Positions 17,448-28,804 of a stretch of DNA of 64,000 nucleotides are shown one piece after another. Source of the DNA: Clostridia bacterium (GTDB lineage: Bacteria > Bacillota > Clostridia > Christensenellales > UBA1242). The translations under genes were made by a program, and so were the position numbers. Location of the stretch: positions 8,592-72,591 of the forward strand of contig CAADYP010000015.1 in NCBI GenBank assembly GCA_900753315.1, read 5' to 3'. Under the pieces are notes generated by a model. The model was given only the letters and a program-made list of their open reading frames with translations. It was not told where the DNA came from and did no database searches. The stretch's first letter is position 1; each line of letters opens with the position of its first letter.

Positions 17448-17873
17448 ATTTTACCTCCTTACTGTTTGAATTGGAGGGGGATTGAAATTTATACTATTTC
17501 AATCAGGGAGTAAACAAGTTTCATAGCCAACCTATTTACTATTTCAGTATAGCACACATTGATTAAAAAGTGTATACTTTTACAAAAAATCATTTTTACA
17601 CTATATAAAACCCATATGCAAACAGGTGTCTATAAGTAACCACCTCATGCGTTGGAATATAGTCCATAAACTCAATGTGGGTGCTAAACTTCTGGGTTGG
17701 GTCGACTTGACCAACTCTCTTTGCCTTGCCCTTACTCTTACCTACTTTTTCACTGCCTTGCCCTTTTCTATCGTTTTTACCATATGACTTTCCTTTCTCC
17801 CCGCAAGGTTCGAATACACATTCCCTTGGCCCGCCAACATTTTAGATGCAAATTTTTAAATAAAGGAGTTTAT

Positions 17874-18365
17874 ATGGAAAAAGAAGATTTGGTAAAATTT
17901 ACGCCCGGACAACTAGTTGATATGGGAATTTGTCCTACATGTTTCAATCGAGAAACAAACGGGGCACTTTATGGAGATGAATCAAATTTAAAAATTTATG
18001 AAGACCAAGATATAGATTGCATGTTTGTCCCAAACCCAAGAGCTGTTGGACACATGATGATAGCAACAATGAAACACTATCATGATTTGAGCGAAGCTCC
18101 AGACTGCATTAATGAAAAAATTGTTCGATTTGCAAAACAATTTATGATAATAATAAAAGAAGTTTATGGTTGTGAACGAGTTTACCTTTGCACAATGTGT
18201 GATGGGCCAAACAACCATTATCACATTCAACTAATACCTAGATATTCAAATGAAGAACGTGGTTCAAAAAACTTTGTAAAGCCTAGACAAGAATATGTCT
18301 ATGATTCTTCAAAAGTTGAGAAAGTGAGGACCCTGATTGCCGAATATGCAAAAAATAAAGAGTAG
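17874..18365 (+). CDS. HIT-superfamily protein (H-x-H-x-Q variant)
   Basis: HYHIQLIP motif and an N-terminal CPTC. AAAGGAG RBS before the ATG at 17874. The longer track ORF starts at a TTG in non-coding sequence. Confidence 0.6.
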   Translation: MEKEDLVKFTPGQLVDMGICPTCFNRETNGALYGDESNLKIYEDQDIDCMFVPNPRAVGHMMIATMKHYHDLSEAPDCINEKIVRFAKQFMIIIKEVYGCERVYLCTMCDGPNNHYHIQLIPRYSNEERGSKNFVKPRQEYVYDSSKVEKVRTLIAEYAKNKE

Positions 18366-18371
18366 TCCGTT

Positions 18372-18908
18372 TTACTCTTTTATTTTTTCCTTGTAATAAG
18401 CAAAATTCTTCCTAAATTTTTCAAGATATTTCTTGCTTTCCTTAAATGGTATCTCTGTCAAAATTTTTCTGTCTTTGCTGTATTTTTCATTCTTTAACCA
18501 GTTTGAAACATTTGTTGGCCCGGCATTGTATGCCACAAGTGCTGTTTCTAAATCTTCGAATCTATCCAAAAGTTCACTTATATAACAAGTTCCAATCAAA
18601 ACATTATCTTGTGGCACAGTCAAATCAAAAATTGCAATATCATTTTTGTCCGCGACACTTTTTGCTGTCGCAGGCATAATTTGCATCAGTCCGACAGCCC
18701 CCTTGCTTGACAAGGCTTTTGAATCAAAATGGCTTTCTATATTTATCATTGAAAAAATTACTGCCTTTTCCACATCATATATTTCACAAGCATTCTCAAC
18801 TTCTTCTTGAAACTTTATTGGAAAAAGATAGCCATAAACACATTGCGTTCCAAATATGGCAAGGAAAACAAACGACAGTGAAAAGAAAATAGAGAAGAAC
18901 CATTTCAT
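18372..18908 (-). CDS. Lytic transglycosylase (SLT domain) with an N-terminal membrane anchor
   Basis: INIESHFDSKALSSKGAVGLMQIMP...AYNAGP SLT motifs and a hydrophobic N-terminus. Confidence 0.8.
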   Translation of the reverse strand: MKWFFSIFFSLSFVFLAIFGTQCVYGYLFPIKFQEEVENACEIYDVEKAVIFSMINIESHFDSKALSSKGAVGLMQIMPATAKSVADKNDIAIFDLTVPQDNVLIGTCYISELLDRFEDLETALVAYNAGPTNVSNWLKNEKYSKDRKILTEIPFKESKKYLEKFRKNFAYYKEKIKE

Positions 18909-18968
18909 AACGATATTTTATGAAAAAAGAGCAATAATATGCTCTTTTTTTTTTCTGCGCGCCCCTCT

Positions 18969-19229
18969 TTACAATTTAAAAAGGCTATACTTTCCACCTC
19001 TAGCAACATAAGAATAAAAACCTTCGAAATTGTTGAGAGAAATTCTTGAAATCAAAGTTTGTACCTGTGAAAAATATTCACTTAAAAATTTGACAGATAT
19101 ACCACAAGTTCCTCGTCCCAAACTTTGTGGAGTGTTTATTATCGCAACTGGAATATTGTATGACTTTAAGAGTTGTGCAAAATTTAAAGTGGAAGACCTT
19201 GATTTAAAAATCGCCAAGATATAATTCAT
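18969..19229 (-). CDS. DUF3343-like small protein
   Basis: 86 aa. The pattern AIFKSRSSTLNFAQLLKSYNIP...TPQSL...CGISVKF resembles DUF3343. Adjacent to a cysteine desulfurase gene. Confidence 0.45.
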   Translation of the reverse strand: MNYILAIFKSRSSTLNFAQLLKSYNIPVAIINTPQSLGRGTCGISVKFLSEYFSQVQTLISRISLNNFEGFYSYVARGGKYSLFKL

Positions 19230-19312
19230 ACAGACGCCTCCTTAGTATGCACAAATTTCCCCCTATTTTATTATATTGTTAATGTATTCAATTTGATTTA
19301 AAGAAGGTGAAA

Positions 19313-20449
19313 ATGATTTATTTTGACAATTCTGCATCGAGTTTTGTAAAACCAAAAAGCGTTCAAAAAGCGGTTTTGAACGCACTCAATCTTTATACCG
19401 CAAACCCAGGAAGAAGCGGGCATAAACAGGCCTTAAAGACCGCCATGGAAGTTGAAAATGTAAGAAATATAGTGGCACAACATGTTGGGACAACTGCCGA
19501 CAATATTGTTTTTACACTAAACTGCACTGATGCCCTAAACCTTGCAATTTTGGGTAGTTTCTTACCTGGTGGGCACATAGTTTGCACAGAAAACGAGCAT
19601 AATTCGGTCGTCCGTCCACTAGAGCATTTAAAGCAATGTGATTCGTCATTTTCTTATTCTGTGACGACACAAACGCAAAAAAATGGCATAACATGGCAAG
19701 ATATTGAAAAGCATTTGACTGACAAAACCTATATGGTAATTTGTAACCACATCTCGAATGTGAATGGCGATGTTGCAGATATTGTTGACATCGGCAAGCA
19801 CCTTAAAGAATTGAATATAACATTTTTGGTTGACGGTGCGCAAAGTGGTGGGCACTTTCGATATGATATGCAAGAAATGGGGATTTCAATGCTTGCACTT
19901 GCTCCTCACAAAGGCTTTTACTCTCCACAAGGTGTTGGTTGTCTTTGTTTGAACGAAAACACAAAACTTCAACCAATTCGTTTTGGTGGAACTGGCACAA
20001 ATTCCCTTGAATTTATTCAACCAGAAATCAGTCCAGAACGCTACGAAAGTGGGACAATAAACACTCCTGCGATTTTGGGATTTGGCGAAGGCATAAAATT
20101 TGTTGAAGATAATTTTAAATACATCCAAGAAAAATTGGAAGATTTAACAACTTATTTACACTACGAACTTTCAAAATTGCCAATAGATATTTACACAAAT
20201 ACCGAGAACACAAGCGGTGTGTTGGCTTTCAACATTCCAAATGTTGACTCCACCGAAGTGGCGACATATTTGGATGAAAAATGGAATATCTGTGTAAGAA
20301 GTGGTTATCACTGTGCCCCGCTAAAACACCAAGCTCTGGGCACCCTTGACCAAGGAGCGGTAAGGGTTTCATTGTCATTTTTTAACACCTATCAGGAAGT
20401 CGAGAAGTTTATATTTGCAATAAAGACATTTTTAAAGCACCGAAAATAA
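19313..20449 (+). CDS. Class V aminotransferase / cysteine desulfurase
   Basis: MIYFDNSASS start. PLP-lysine context LAPHKGFYSPQGVGCL. C-terminal RSGYHCAP. Confidence 0.8.
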   Translation: MIYFDNSASSFVKPKSVQKAVLNALNLYTANPGRSGHKQALKTAMEVENVRNIVAQHVGTTADNIVFTLNCTDALNLAILGSFLPGGHIVCTENEHNSVVRPLEHLKQCDSSFSYSVTTQTQKNGITWQDIEKHLTDKTYMVICNHISNVNGDVADIVDIGKHLKELNITFLVDGAQSGGHFRYDMQEMGISMLALAPHKGFYSPQGVGCLCLNENTKLQPIRFGGTGTNSLEFIQPEISPERYESGTINTPAILGFGEGIKFVEDNFKYIQEKLEDLTTYLHYELSKLPIDIYTNTENTSGVLAFNIPNVDSTEVATYLDEKWNICVRSGYHCAPLKHQALGTLDQGAVRVSLSFFNTYQEVEKFIFAIKTFLKHRK

Positions 20450-20538
20450 CAAACTTTATATGAACCTCAATTATTAAACAAATTAAAAACAAAAAAGATG
20501 CCACAAAACAGCATCTTTTCTTTTTGTATCGTTAAATT

Positions 20539-21141
20539 TTACAATTTTATTTTTGCTTTGTCTTCAATCTCAACTTTGTCTGAATAATTAATTGGTCCCC
20601 AACCAGTGATTGTTTTTGCTCTTAATGACAAATCCCCAAACATTGAAAGCCCTTCGCTTGATGTTGCTTTAACAACACAGAAAAATAGATTTGTATCGTC
20701 AGTCATTGTAAGATCTCCACCCTTTATATCACAAGTGTCAACTCTCGCTTCGCCTGACAAAAAACAATTTCCTTTGATTTTTGACTTAACAATTTTCCCG
20801 CATCCATGCACAGTTGTCATTATTGATGGATTGATTTGGCTGTCGACTATCGCACCTTCTCCGCCAATGCGAACATCATGCACCAAAATCGAATTTGAAA
20901 CAAAGCCGTTTCCTCCCACAAAACAATTTGTGCCAACAATAGAATTTTCATCAATCCAAGATTCTCCTTCATCACAAAGAGTCCCACGGACAATATATCC
21001 ACCCAAATCTCCAGCCTTAACATCGCAAAATGGATTTTTTATATCTCTGTCTGCAACTATTCTAACAAGTTCCACTTTCTCTCCATAAAGAGTGGCAAAC
21101 TTTTTGTCTTCTTCGTCATAATGAAATTTCAAATTTTCCAT
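20539..21141 (-). CDS. Hypothetical protein, possibly beta-helical repeat
   Basis: Clean 200-aa ORF with repetitive G/V/I-rich stretches. No diagnostic motif. Confidence 0.4.
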   Translation of the reverse strand: MENLKFHYDEEDKKFATLYGEKVELVRIVADRDIKNPFCDVKAGDLGGYIVRGTLCDEGESWIDENSIVGTNCFVGGNGFVSNSILVHDVRIGGEGAIVDSQINPSIMTTVHGCGKIVKSKIKGNCFLSGEARVDTCDIKGGDLTMTDDTNLFFCVVKATSSEGLSMFGDLSLRAKTITGWGPINYSDKVEIEDKAKIKL

Positions 21142-21278
21142 AATTTATCCCCTTTTGTTGAAACTATTTTAACATCAAACCATCCACATGTCAATAGTCA
21201 ATTTTGGTCAACCACAGCCACAAATTCTACGCCACATTAAAACCACAACAAAACAAAAAAGATATCAAATGATATCTT

Positions 21279-21980
21279 TTATTTTTGATATATAAATCTC
21301 TTGCAGTGTTCACAAGTAATCACACCATTTTCTTTAAGCCTTGACAATGCAACTTTTGGAAGTTCCATACGACATCTGCCACAGAAATTTCCACCTTCAA
21401 GTGGAACAATAACTGGGAAGATGTTGTCGTTTCTTTTCTTTTTGTATTCAGCCATCATGTTTGGCTCAACATCCTTTTCAAAAGCAAGCAATTCTTTCTT
21501 GATTTTTTCTTTTTCTGGTTCATAAACCTTTGTTTCTTCATCAATCTTTTGTTTGCATACAACAAATTGAGTTCTTGCTTCATCATAAAGTTTCTTGGTT
21601 TTGTTAAATTCTGCCAAAATGTGGTTGATGTTTTCCGCACTCTTTTGTAGCATTTTTTCCAAAATGTTTAAGTTTGACAAAATTTTTGATTTCAATGCAT
21701 TGTTTTTCTCAATATCTTCAAAACTCATGTCTTCAACTTTTGTTGCAAGCATTTCATCTGATTTTGATTTGTTGATATTATATTTGTCTTTCAAATCTGC
21801 AATCTCTGCAATCAACTTTTCCGCTTCCGCTTCAAGTTCGGCTGATTTCGCTTGAGATTTTTTTGCGATAGTCGCAAGTTCGTTAGCTTTCTTTTTATAT
21901 GGACTGTTTAAAATTTTTTGTTCTACCTTAAACAATTCCTCATCAAGTTTTTGATATTTCAACAAGTTTTCTATATTCAT
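21279..21980 (-). CDS. Coiled-coil protein with a C-terminal C4 zinc ribbon (COG1579-like)
   Basis: Long coiled-coil-like region, then CGRC...CEHC. Confidence 0.55.
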   Translation of the reverse strand: MNIENLLKYQKLDEELFKVEQKILNSPYKKKANELATIAKKSQAKSAELEAEAEKLIAEIADLKDKYNINKSKSDEMLATKVEDMSFEDIEKNNALKSKILSNLNILEKMLQKSAENINHILAEFNKTKKLYDEARTQFVVCKQKIDEETKVYEPEKEKIKKELLAFEKDVEPNMMAEYKKKRNDNIFPVIVPLEGGNFCGRCRMELPKVALSRLKENGVITCEHCKRFIYQK

Positions 21981-22026
21981 TTACCACTCCATAAATTTTT
22001 GATTTGTTTCGCTTTTTACGGCAATA

Positions 22027-23100
22027 TTACTCTACATAATCTATAAGTCTTTTGCTTCTGTTTGGATGTTTAAGTTTTCTCAAAGCCTTTGCTTCAATCT
22101 GTCTAATACGCTCTCTAGTAACAGAAAATTCTCTCCCGACTTCTTCCAATGTCTTTTGTCTCCCATCTAAAAGACCATATCTCTGTCTAATAACTTCTTG
22201 TTCTCTTGGTGTCAAAGTATCAATAACGGCCAGAAGTTGTTCTCTAAGCAATGTCTGTGACGCACTTTCAATTGGAGATTTTGCAGATTCATCAACGATA
22301 ACATCCGCCATCTTTCCATCGTCCTCTTCTCCCATTGGCGTTTCCAAAGAGATTGGATCTTGAGCCGTTCTTTGAATTTCCATAACTTTTGCAACAGACA
22401 AATCCATTTCTTTGGCAATTTCTTCAATAGTTGGTTCTCTGCCAAGTCTTTGCATTAAAACTCTTGAAACTTTCACATATTTGTTTATTGTCTCAACCAT
22501 GTGAACAGGGATTCTAATTGTTCTTGATTGGTCTGCCATAGCACGAGTAATGGCTTGTCTAATCCACCAAGTTGCATAAGTCGAAAATTTGAAACCTTTT
22601 GTGTAATCAAACTTGTCAACAGCTCTCAAAAGACCCATGTTTCCTTCTTGAATAAGGTCAAGGAAAGACATTGAAGTTTTTCCAACATATTTTTTTGCCA
22701 CACTAACAACCAAACGAAGGTTTGCTTCACACAAAACTGATTTTGCATATTGGTCGCCCTGCATAACTTTCTTGGCAAGTTCTCTTTCTTCGTCTACAGA
22801 AAGAAGTGGAACTTTCCCAATATCTTTCAAATACATCTTAACTGGGTCGTCAACTGTTGGAGACATAACCAAATCTGAAAAATTGTCTTTATACAAATCT
22901 TCATCATTTGTCTTTATGACTTTTACCCCTCTTTTATGCAAAAGGTCCAAAAACTTTTCAACATTTGCTGCGTTTTCGCCAACTTTCAAAAGTGAAAAAT
23001 AAACATCATCTTCATTTATTGAACCTTTTTTCATTGCAAGTGCCTGCAATTTATCATACACCAATTTAATCTTTGCACTGTCGATTTTATCTTCTGACAT
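22027..23100 (-). CDS. sigA: Primary RNA polymerase sigma factor
   Basis: Regions 2-4 are readable: [60 protein letters not shown] at 23100. Overlaps the dnaG stop by 14 nt. Confidence 0.9.
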   Translation of the reverse strand: MSEDKIDSAKIKLVYDKLQALAMKKGSINEDDVYFSLLKVGENAANVEKFLDLLHKRGVKVIKTNDEDLYKDNFSDLVMSPTVDDPVKMYLKDIGKVPLLSVDEERELAKKVMQGDQYAKSVLCEANLRLVVSVAKKYVGKTSMSFLDLIQEGNMGLLRAVDKFDYTKGFKFSTYATWWIRQAITRAMADQSRTIRIPVHMVETINKYVKVSRVLMQRLGREPTIEEIAKEMDLSVAKVMEIQRTAQDPISLETPMGEEDDGKMADVIVDESAKSPIESASQTLLREQLLAVIDTLTPREQEVIRQRYGLLDGRQKTLEEVGREFSVTRERIRQIEAKALRKLKHPNRSKRLIDYVE

Positions 23101-24859
23101 TGAATTCCTCCAAACTTTTATTTTTAAGTTGAAGTGCAGTTCTTCCAAGTTGTCTTGCAATCTCCGCTCTTCGCGTTAAATCTTCGCATTTTCTATATTC
23201 GTCATTTAATTCTTCTTGTTTTTTCTTAAGTTTTTGTTCTGCGATTTTCCACAAACACTCTTTAAAAATCCTCTCCGCAACATTTGTGTATTCATTGAAA
23301 TTGAAGTTAACCAAATCCATCAAAAATTTGTCTTCACTTGCACCTTCAATGTCAAATATTGAAGAAAGTGGCATCTCTTGTTTGATTATATCCAAATATT
23401 TTTGATAATCTGCCAAGAGTTTTTCATAATCAATCCTTGCATCTACAAATTCTTTCTTATGTAACAGCGATGCAAGAATAAATTTCGCTGCTTTTTCATC
23501 ACCCTTTTCAACAGTTGTGACAATAGGTTGTTCTTTCATAACAAAAGGTTTTGCCGTCTCCCCACTGCTGTTTATGTCGCGCCTTAAAATGTCAAGTGGA
23601 ATTTTTGTCAAATCTCTAACCTTTTCAAGATAAGGTTCATAAAGCGTAGGACTATCCAATTTTTTGATTTGAGCCAAAATATCTTTTACAAATTTGCCTT
23701 TTTCTTCTGGGTTGTCCAAATCATATTTTGAAAGGTAATATTTGATTAAATATTCCATATAAGGCATAGCATTGTCAATCATCTCTTGCAGTTTTTCTTT
23801 GCCATAAATATTCAAAATTTCGTCTGGGTCATGCCCATCTGGCAAAGCCACAACACGCAAATTAACATTTTCGTTTCTAAACATGTCAATGGCACGAAGT
23901 GTTGCTTTTGTTCCTGCACCATCACCGTCAAAACAAAGCACAATATTGTCACTGTAACGTTTGAGTTCTGTGACATGGTCTTTTGTAAGAGCGGTGCCCA
24001 TGCAAGCCACTGTGGACTTAAATCCACCCTTGTGCATGGCAATAACATCCATTTGCCCCTCAACCAAAATTATGTTTTTGAGAAGTTGTTGCTGTTTTTG
24101 TGCTTTCAAAAGGTGAATACCAAACACAACTTTCCCTTTTTGAAAAACAATAGTTTCTGCTGTATTTAAATATTTCGCAAAATCAGGATTTCCAAGTGCA
24201 CGAGCACTGAAACCAATACACTCATTCAGCGAATTAAAAATTGGGAACACCAATCTCTCCGCAATGACATCATAAACTCTGTTGTTTTTCTTTCCTACAA
24301 TTCCGGCTTTCAAAAGTTCGTCTTCAGTAAATCCTTTGCCTTTCAAATAATCAACAATATCTGTCCAATTTTTTGAATACCCAATCTTAAAGTCTTCAAG
24401 TTCTCGTCTTGTAAATCTTCTTTTCTTTATGTATTCTTGTGCAACAACAGCATCTTTGCTATAAAGGTTTTCCATATAATGTTTGTAAGCATAATCAAGT
24501 GCACTCAAAACTCTTTCTTTGAGTTTTTGTGCTTCTTTTCGATTTTCGGAAGATTGATATTCTGGAACTTCCATTCCAACTCTGTCTGCCAAGATTTTTA
24601 TGGCGTCCATAAAGTCAACATTTTCCATTTTCTCAACAAACTTGATGACATCTCCTGACTCTTTGCAACCAAAGCAATGATAAAAGCCTTCTTCGTTGTT
24701 TATTGAAAACGAAGGAGTCTTTTCATTATGAAATGGACAGCATGCCCAAAAACTGCGTCCTTTTTGCTCTAATTGAAGATAGTTGGAAGCGATTGAAACC
24801 AAATCGTTTTTTCTTTTCAATTCTGCCAACCATTCAACAGGGAAACCACGACTCTGCAA
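23087..24859 (-). CDS. dnaG: DNA primase
   Basis: Zinc-finger [13 protein letters not shown]...YHCFGC and TOPRIM EGQMDV...DGDGAG. TTG start with an AGGAG RBS. Confidence 0.9.
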   Translation of the reverse strand: MQSRGFPVEWLAELKRKNDLVSIASNYLQLEQKGRSFWACCPFHNEKTPSFSINNEEGFYHCFGCKESGDVIKFVEKMENVDFMDAIKILADRVGMEVPEYQSSENRKEAQKLKERVLSALDYAYKHYMENLYSKDAVVAQEYIKKRRFTRRELEDFKIGYSKNWTDIVDYLKGKGFTEDELLKAGIVGKKNNRVYDVIAERLVFPIFNSLNECIGFSARALGNPDFAKYLNTAETIVFQKGKVVFGIHLLKAQKQQQLLKNIILVEGQMDVIAMHKGGFKSTVACMGTALTKDHVTELKRYSDNIVLCFDGDGAGTKATLRAIDMFRNENVNLRVVALPDGHDPDEILNIYGKEKLQEMIDNAMPYMEYLIKYYLSKYDLDNPEEKGKFVKDILAQIKKLDSPTLYEPYLEKVRDLTKIPLDILRRDINSSGETAKPFVMKEQPIVTTVEKGDEKAAKFILASLLHKKEFVDARIDYEKLLADYQKYLDIIKQEMPLSSIFDIEGASEDKFLMDLVNFNFNEYTNVAERIFKECLWKIAEQKLKKKQEELNDEYRKCEDLTRRAEIARQLGRTALQLKNKSLEEFNVRR

Positions 24860-25157
24860 AATACCTATCTCCTGAAATTGTTAACTGACCTTATTATACC
24901 ACATCAAGATGTAAAATTCCTTTAATTTTCTATAAAATAATTATAAAAATATGACTAAAATCATAAAAAATGGACAAAACTATAATTTTTGACACAATTT
25001 TTGCACAAAAATCAACAACATCCCAACAAGATAAAGTCCCAATAATTGCTTCATATTTTATAAAAATTTACCAAAACAACATTTTCAATTCTCAAAAATT
25101 CAAACCAAAACAAAAAAGAAAGATAATTTTTCATATCTTTCTTTTAACTTTCAAAAA

Positions 25158-26612
25158 CTAGTTGTTTTTAACTTTTCCAGTTTCAAGACCTTCCATATTC
25201 AAAGGTTCTCTGCCTCTTGCAATATCTTTTCCAATCATTGTAATGCAGACATTATTTTTTGGCAAATTGTGTTCTTCAATATATTTTTCAACTTTATCAA
25301 CAAAACGCCCATATTCTTCGTCACCAGCCAAATCTGAAACTTTTCCATCTGGATATCTGGTGTAAATTTTTAATGGGGTCAAAACGCTTCTTGGATTTTC
25401 AACATCACCTGTGTTGCTTACGATTGGAGCGTATACATTTGCAACTGGCAAAGATTTTCTCATCAAAAGTTTTGTATCTCCAACAAATTTGATTTGTTCT
25501 TCATTCAAAAATCCAGTCTTTTGCAATTTTGTCATAAGTTCAAGCGCCATTGATGGATGAACAGGCATGCAGACAAAATAGTTTGCAGGATAGTTGTCCC
25601 CATTTTCGTCTTTGATTCTCAAACCTTTGTTTACTTTTTCAATTTTGTTGTAAAAATCTTTCAAGATTTCTCTTGCTTCATCTGTTGCTTCACCCTTATT
25701 AAGTTGGTCTATTGCTGTCTTAACAAGTTTGTAATAGTCCCCATTTCTTCCTTCTTTGATGCAACTTCTACGAACTTTTTCTTTTGTTGTTGAATAGAAT
25801 TTGTCCACAACTTCTTTGTATTTCAAATATTTCTCAGATTTTTTAGATTCTTCAGAAAGTCTGTTTTCAACGCTACTCAAATAAAGCTCTACAACATCCC
25901 AGAATTCATTAAACTTTTCGATTGACAAATTTTGGTGAATGTGGTTTGCGTATTCAATAATATAACGCTTTACGATTGTTGAATACATTGTAAGAAGCAT
26001 TGGTTGATATTCTTCTTTTATTTCAGGTTTTTTGCCGTCACTTGTTTGTCTAATCAAAAATCTTGGATCTCTTGTATATGCCACATATCCATTTTGTTTA
26101 TAGGCTTCTGCCAAAGTTCTTTTCAACTCGCTTGAAATCTTTGCAGATTGATCCATCATGTTCAAATAAACAACATCACCAAACATTTCATCAAGTTTGT
26201 CAACAATAATTTTTGCAACAGCCTTGTAAGTATCTGCAGATTTTTTAATTTCAACAGATTTGCCTTCGTCAACAATATAATCATTCAAGAATTTGTTGAT
26301 AAGTGAAATTTCTCTAATTTTCAAATCTTCAGCCTTGATGTAAGGAACAATTTCAACAGGCACAATTTCGTCAGTTGCCGTAAACATATAAGATTTCAAA
26401 ATCCCACGAGCAAAATCTTGCATATTTTTATAATCATTATTCAAAAATTTTTTAAAGAAGTCATAAAAAATATCAATTCTTGGACTTTCCAAATTGAAAG
26501 TTTTTTCATCAAACCCCAAAACCCATTCACGGAAGTTTTCATAAGCAATTCTTTGTCTTGCAAGTTCTTCCATTTGTTTTTTTGTCTTCTTTTCTTCTGA
26601 AACTATTGGCAT
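25158..26612 (-). CDS. Hypothetical protein (484 aa)
   Basis: AGGAGGGGATT-ATG at 26612. Clean ORF with no recognisable motif. A hairpin terminator lies at about 25117-25142. Confidence 0.5.
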   Translation of the reverse strand: MPIVSEEKKTKKQMEELARQRIAYENFREWVLGFDEKTFNLESPRIDIFYDFFKKFLNNDYKNMQDFARGILKSYMFTATDEIVPVEIVPYIKAEDLKIREISLINKFLNDYIVDEGKSVEIKKSADTYKAVAKIIVDKLDEMFGDVVYLNMMDQSAKISSELKRTLAEAYKQNGYVAYTRDPRFLIRQTSDGKKPEIKEEYQPMLLTMYSTIVKRYIIEYANHIHQNLSIEKFNEFWDVVELYLSSVENRLSEESKKSEKYLKYKEVVDKFYSTTKEKVRRSCIKEGRNGDYYKLVKTAIDQLNKGEATDEAREILKDFYNKIEKVNKGLRIKDENGDNYPANYFVCMPVHPSMALELMTKLQKTGFLNEEQIKFVGDTKLLMRKSLPVANVYAPIVSNTGDVENPRSVLTPLKIYTRYPDGKVSDLAGDEEYGRFVDKVEKYIEEHNLPKNNVCITMIGKDIARGREPLNMEGLETGKVKNN

Positions 26613-26749
26613 AATCCCCTCCTTGCACAATCTCATCTCTTTTATTATGATACCATTTTCGGCACTTTATGTCAATACTAAATTCAATAAAAAAACGAGA
26701 GAAAAACTCCCGTTTTGTTCAAAATTTATACCTGTGATGTCATTTTTTG

Positions 26750-28372
<1,623 letters not shown>

Positions 28373-28660
28373 CTATTTTTCCAAAACAGCCAAAATGTCT
28401 GATTGTTTTATTACTATATATTTCTTTCCGTCAAAGTTGCATTCTGTGCCACTGTATTTTGCATACAAGACTTCTTGTCCAACCTTAACTTGCATTTTTA
28501 CTTCCTTCCCATCAACAATTCCACCTTCACCAACTGCAACAACTGTGGCAATTTGTGATTTCTCTTGAGATGCTGTTGGAAGAATAATTCCGCTTTGTGT
28601 TTCTTTTTCTGCTTCCTTTGGCAAAAGCACAACTCTATCAAAAATTGGTTTAATTTTCAT
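28373..28660 (-). CDS. groES: Co-chaperonin GroES
   Basis: MKIKPIFDRVVL... starts at an internal ATG with an AAAGGAG RBS. Lies 9 nt upstream of groEL. Confidence 0.9.
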   Translation of the reverse strand: MKIKPIFDRVVLLPKEAEKETQSGIILPTASQEKSQIATVVAVGEGGIVDGKEVKMQVKVGQEVLYAKYSGTECNFDGKKYIVIKQSDILAVLEK

Positions 28661-28804
28661 AATCCACTCCTTTAAACACTTTAAGTATAGTTTTTTAGTG
28701 CAAAAATGTAAAGTTTTTGTGCCAACAATTTGTTCTCTCCACCAAAATTTTATGTCGAAGAAAAACAAAAAAGAATGTATAAACATTCTTCTTTATAATT
28801 TATT

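Larger units (their letters stand above)
72..17650. mobile_element. tRNA-Ser-adjacent genomic (defence) island; right boundary approximate
   Basis: Begins right after an intact tRNA and its terminator. A large serine recombinase sits at the edge. Cargo is exclusively recombinases and defence-type genes. The region is visibly more AT-rich than the flanking housekeeping genes. No direct repeat marks the right end. Confidence 0.5.

Noticed and set aside
72-17650. Prophage or integrative conjugative element.
   Set aside because: There are no capsid, tail, terminase, relaxase, coupling-protein or type IV secretion genes. The only mobility genes are the two serine recombinases.
17800-17840. Possible tRNA or tmRNA 3' end (ggttcgaat ... 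gcccgccaa).
   Set aside because: The flanks of the TTCGAAT loop cannot pair into a T-stem, and no acceptor partner exists upstream. At most it is a decayed fragment, reported only as a junction oddity.
28661-28790. Looked for a CIRCE (HrcA) operator upstream of groES, around ttagtgc...gtgccaa (~28695-28735).
   Set aside because: The two arms are not reverse complements of each other and do not match TTAGCACTC-N9-GAGTGCTAA, so no CIRCE call.
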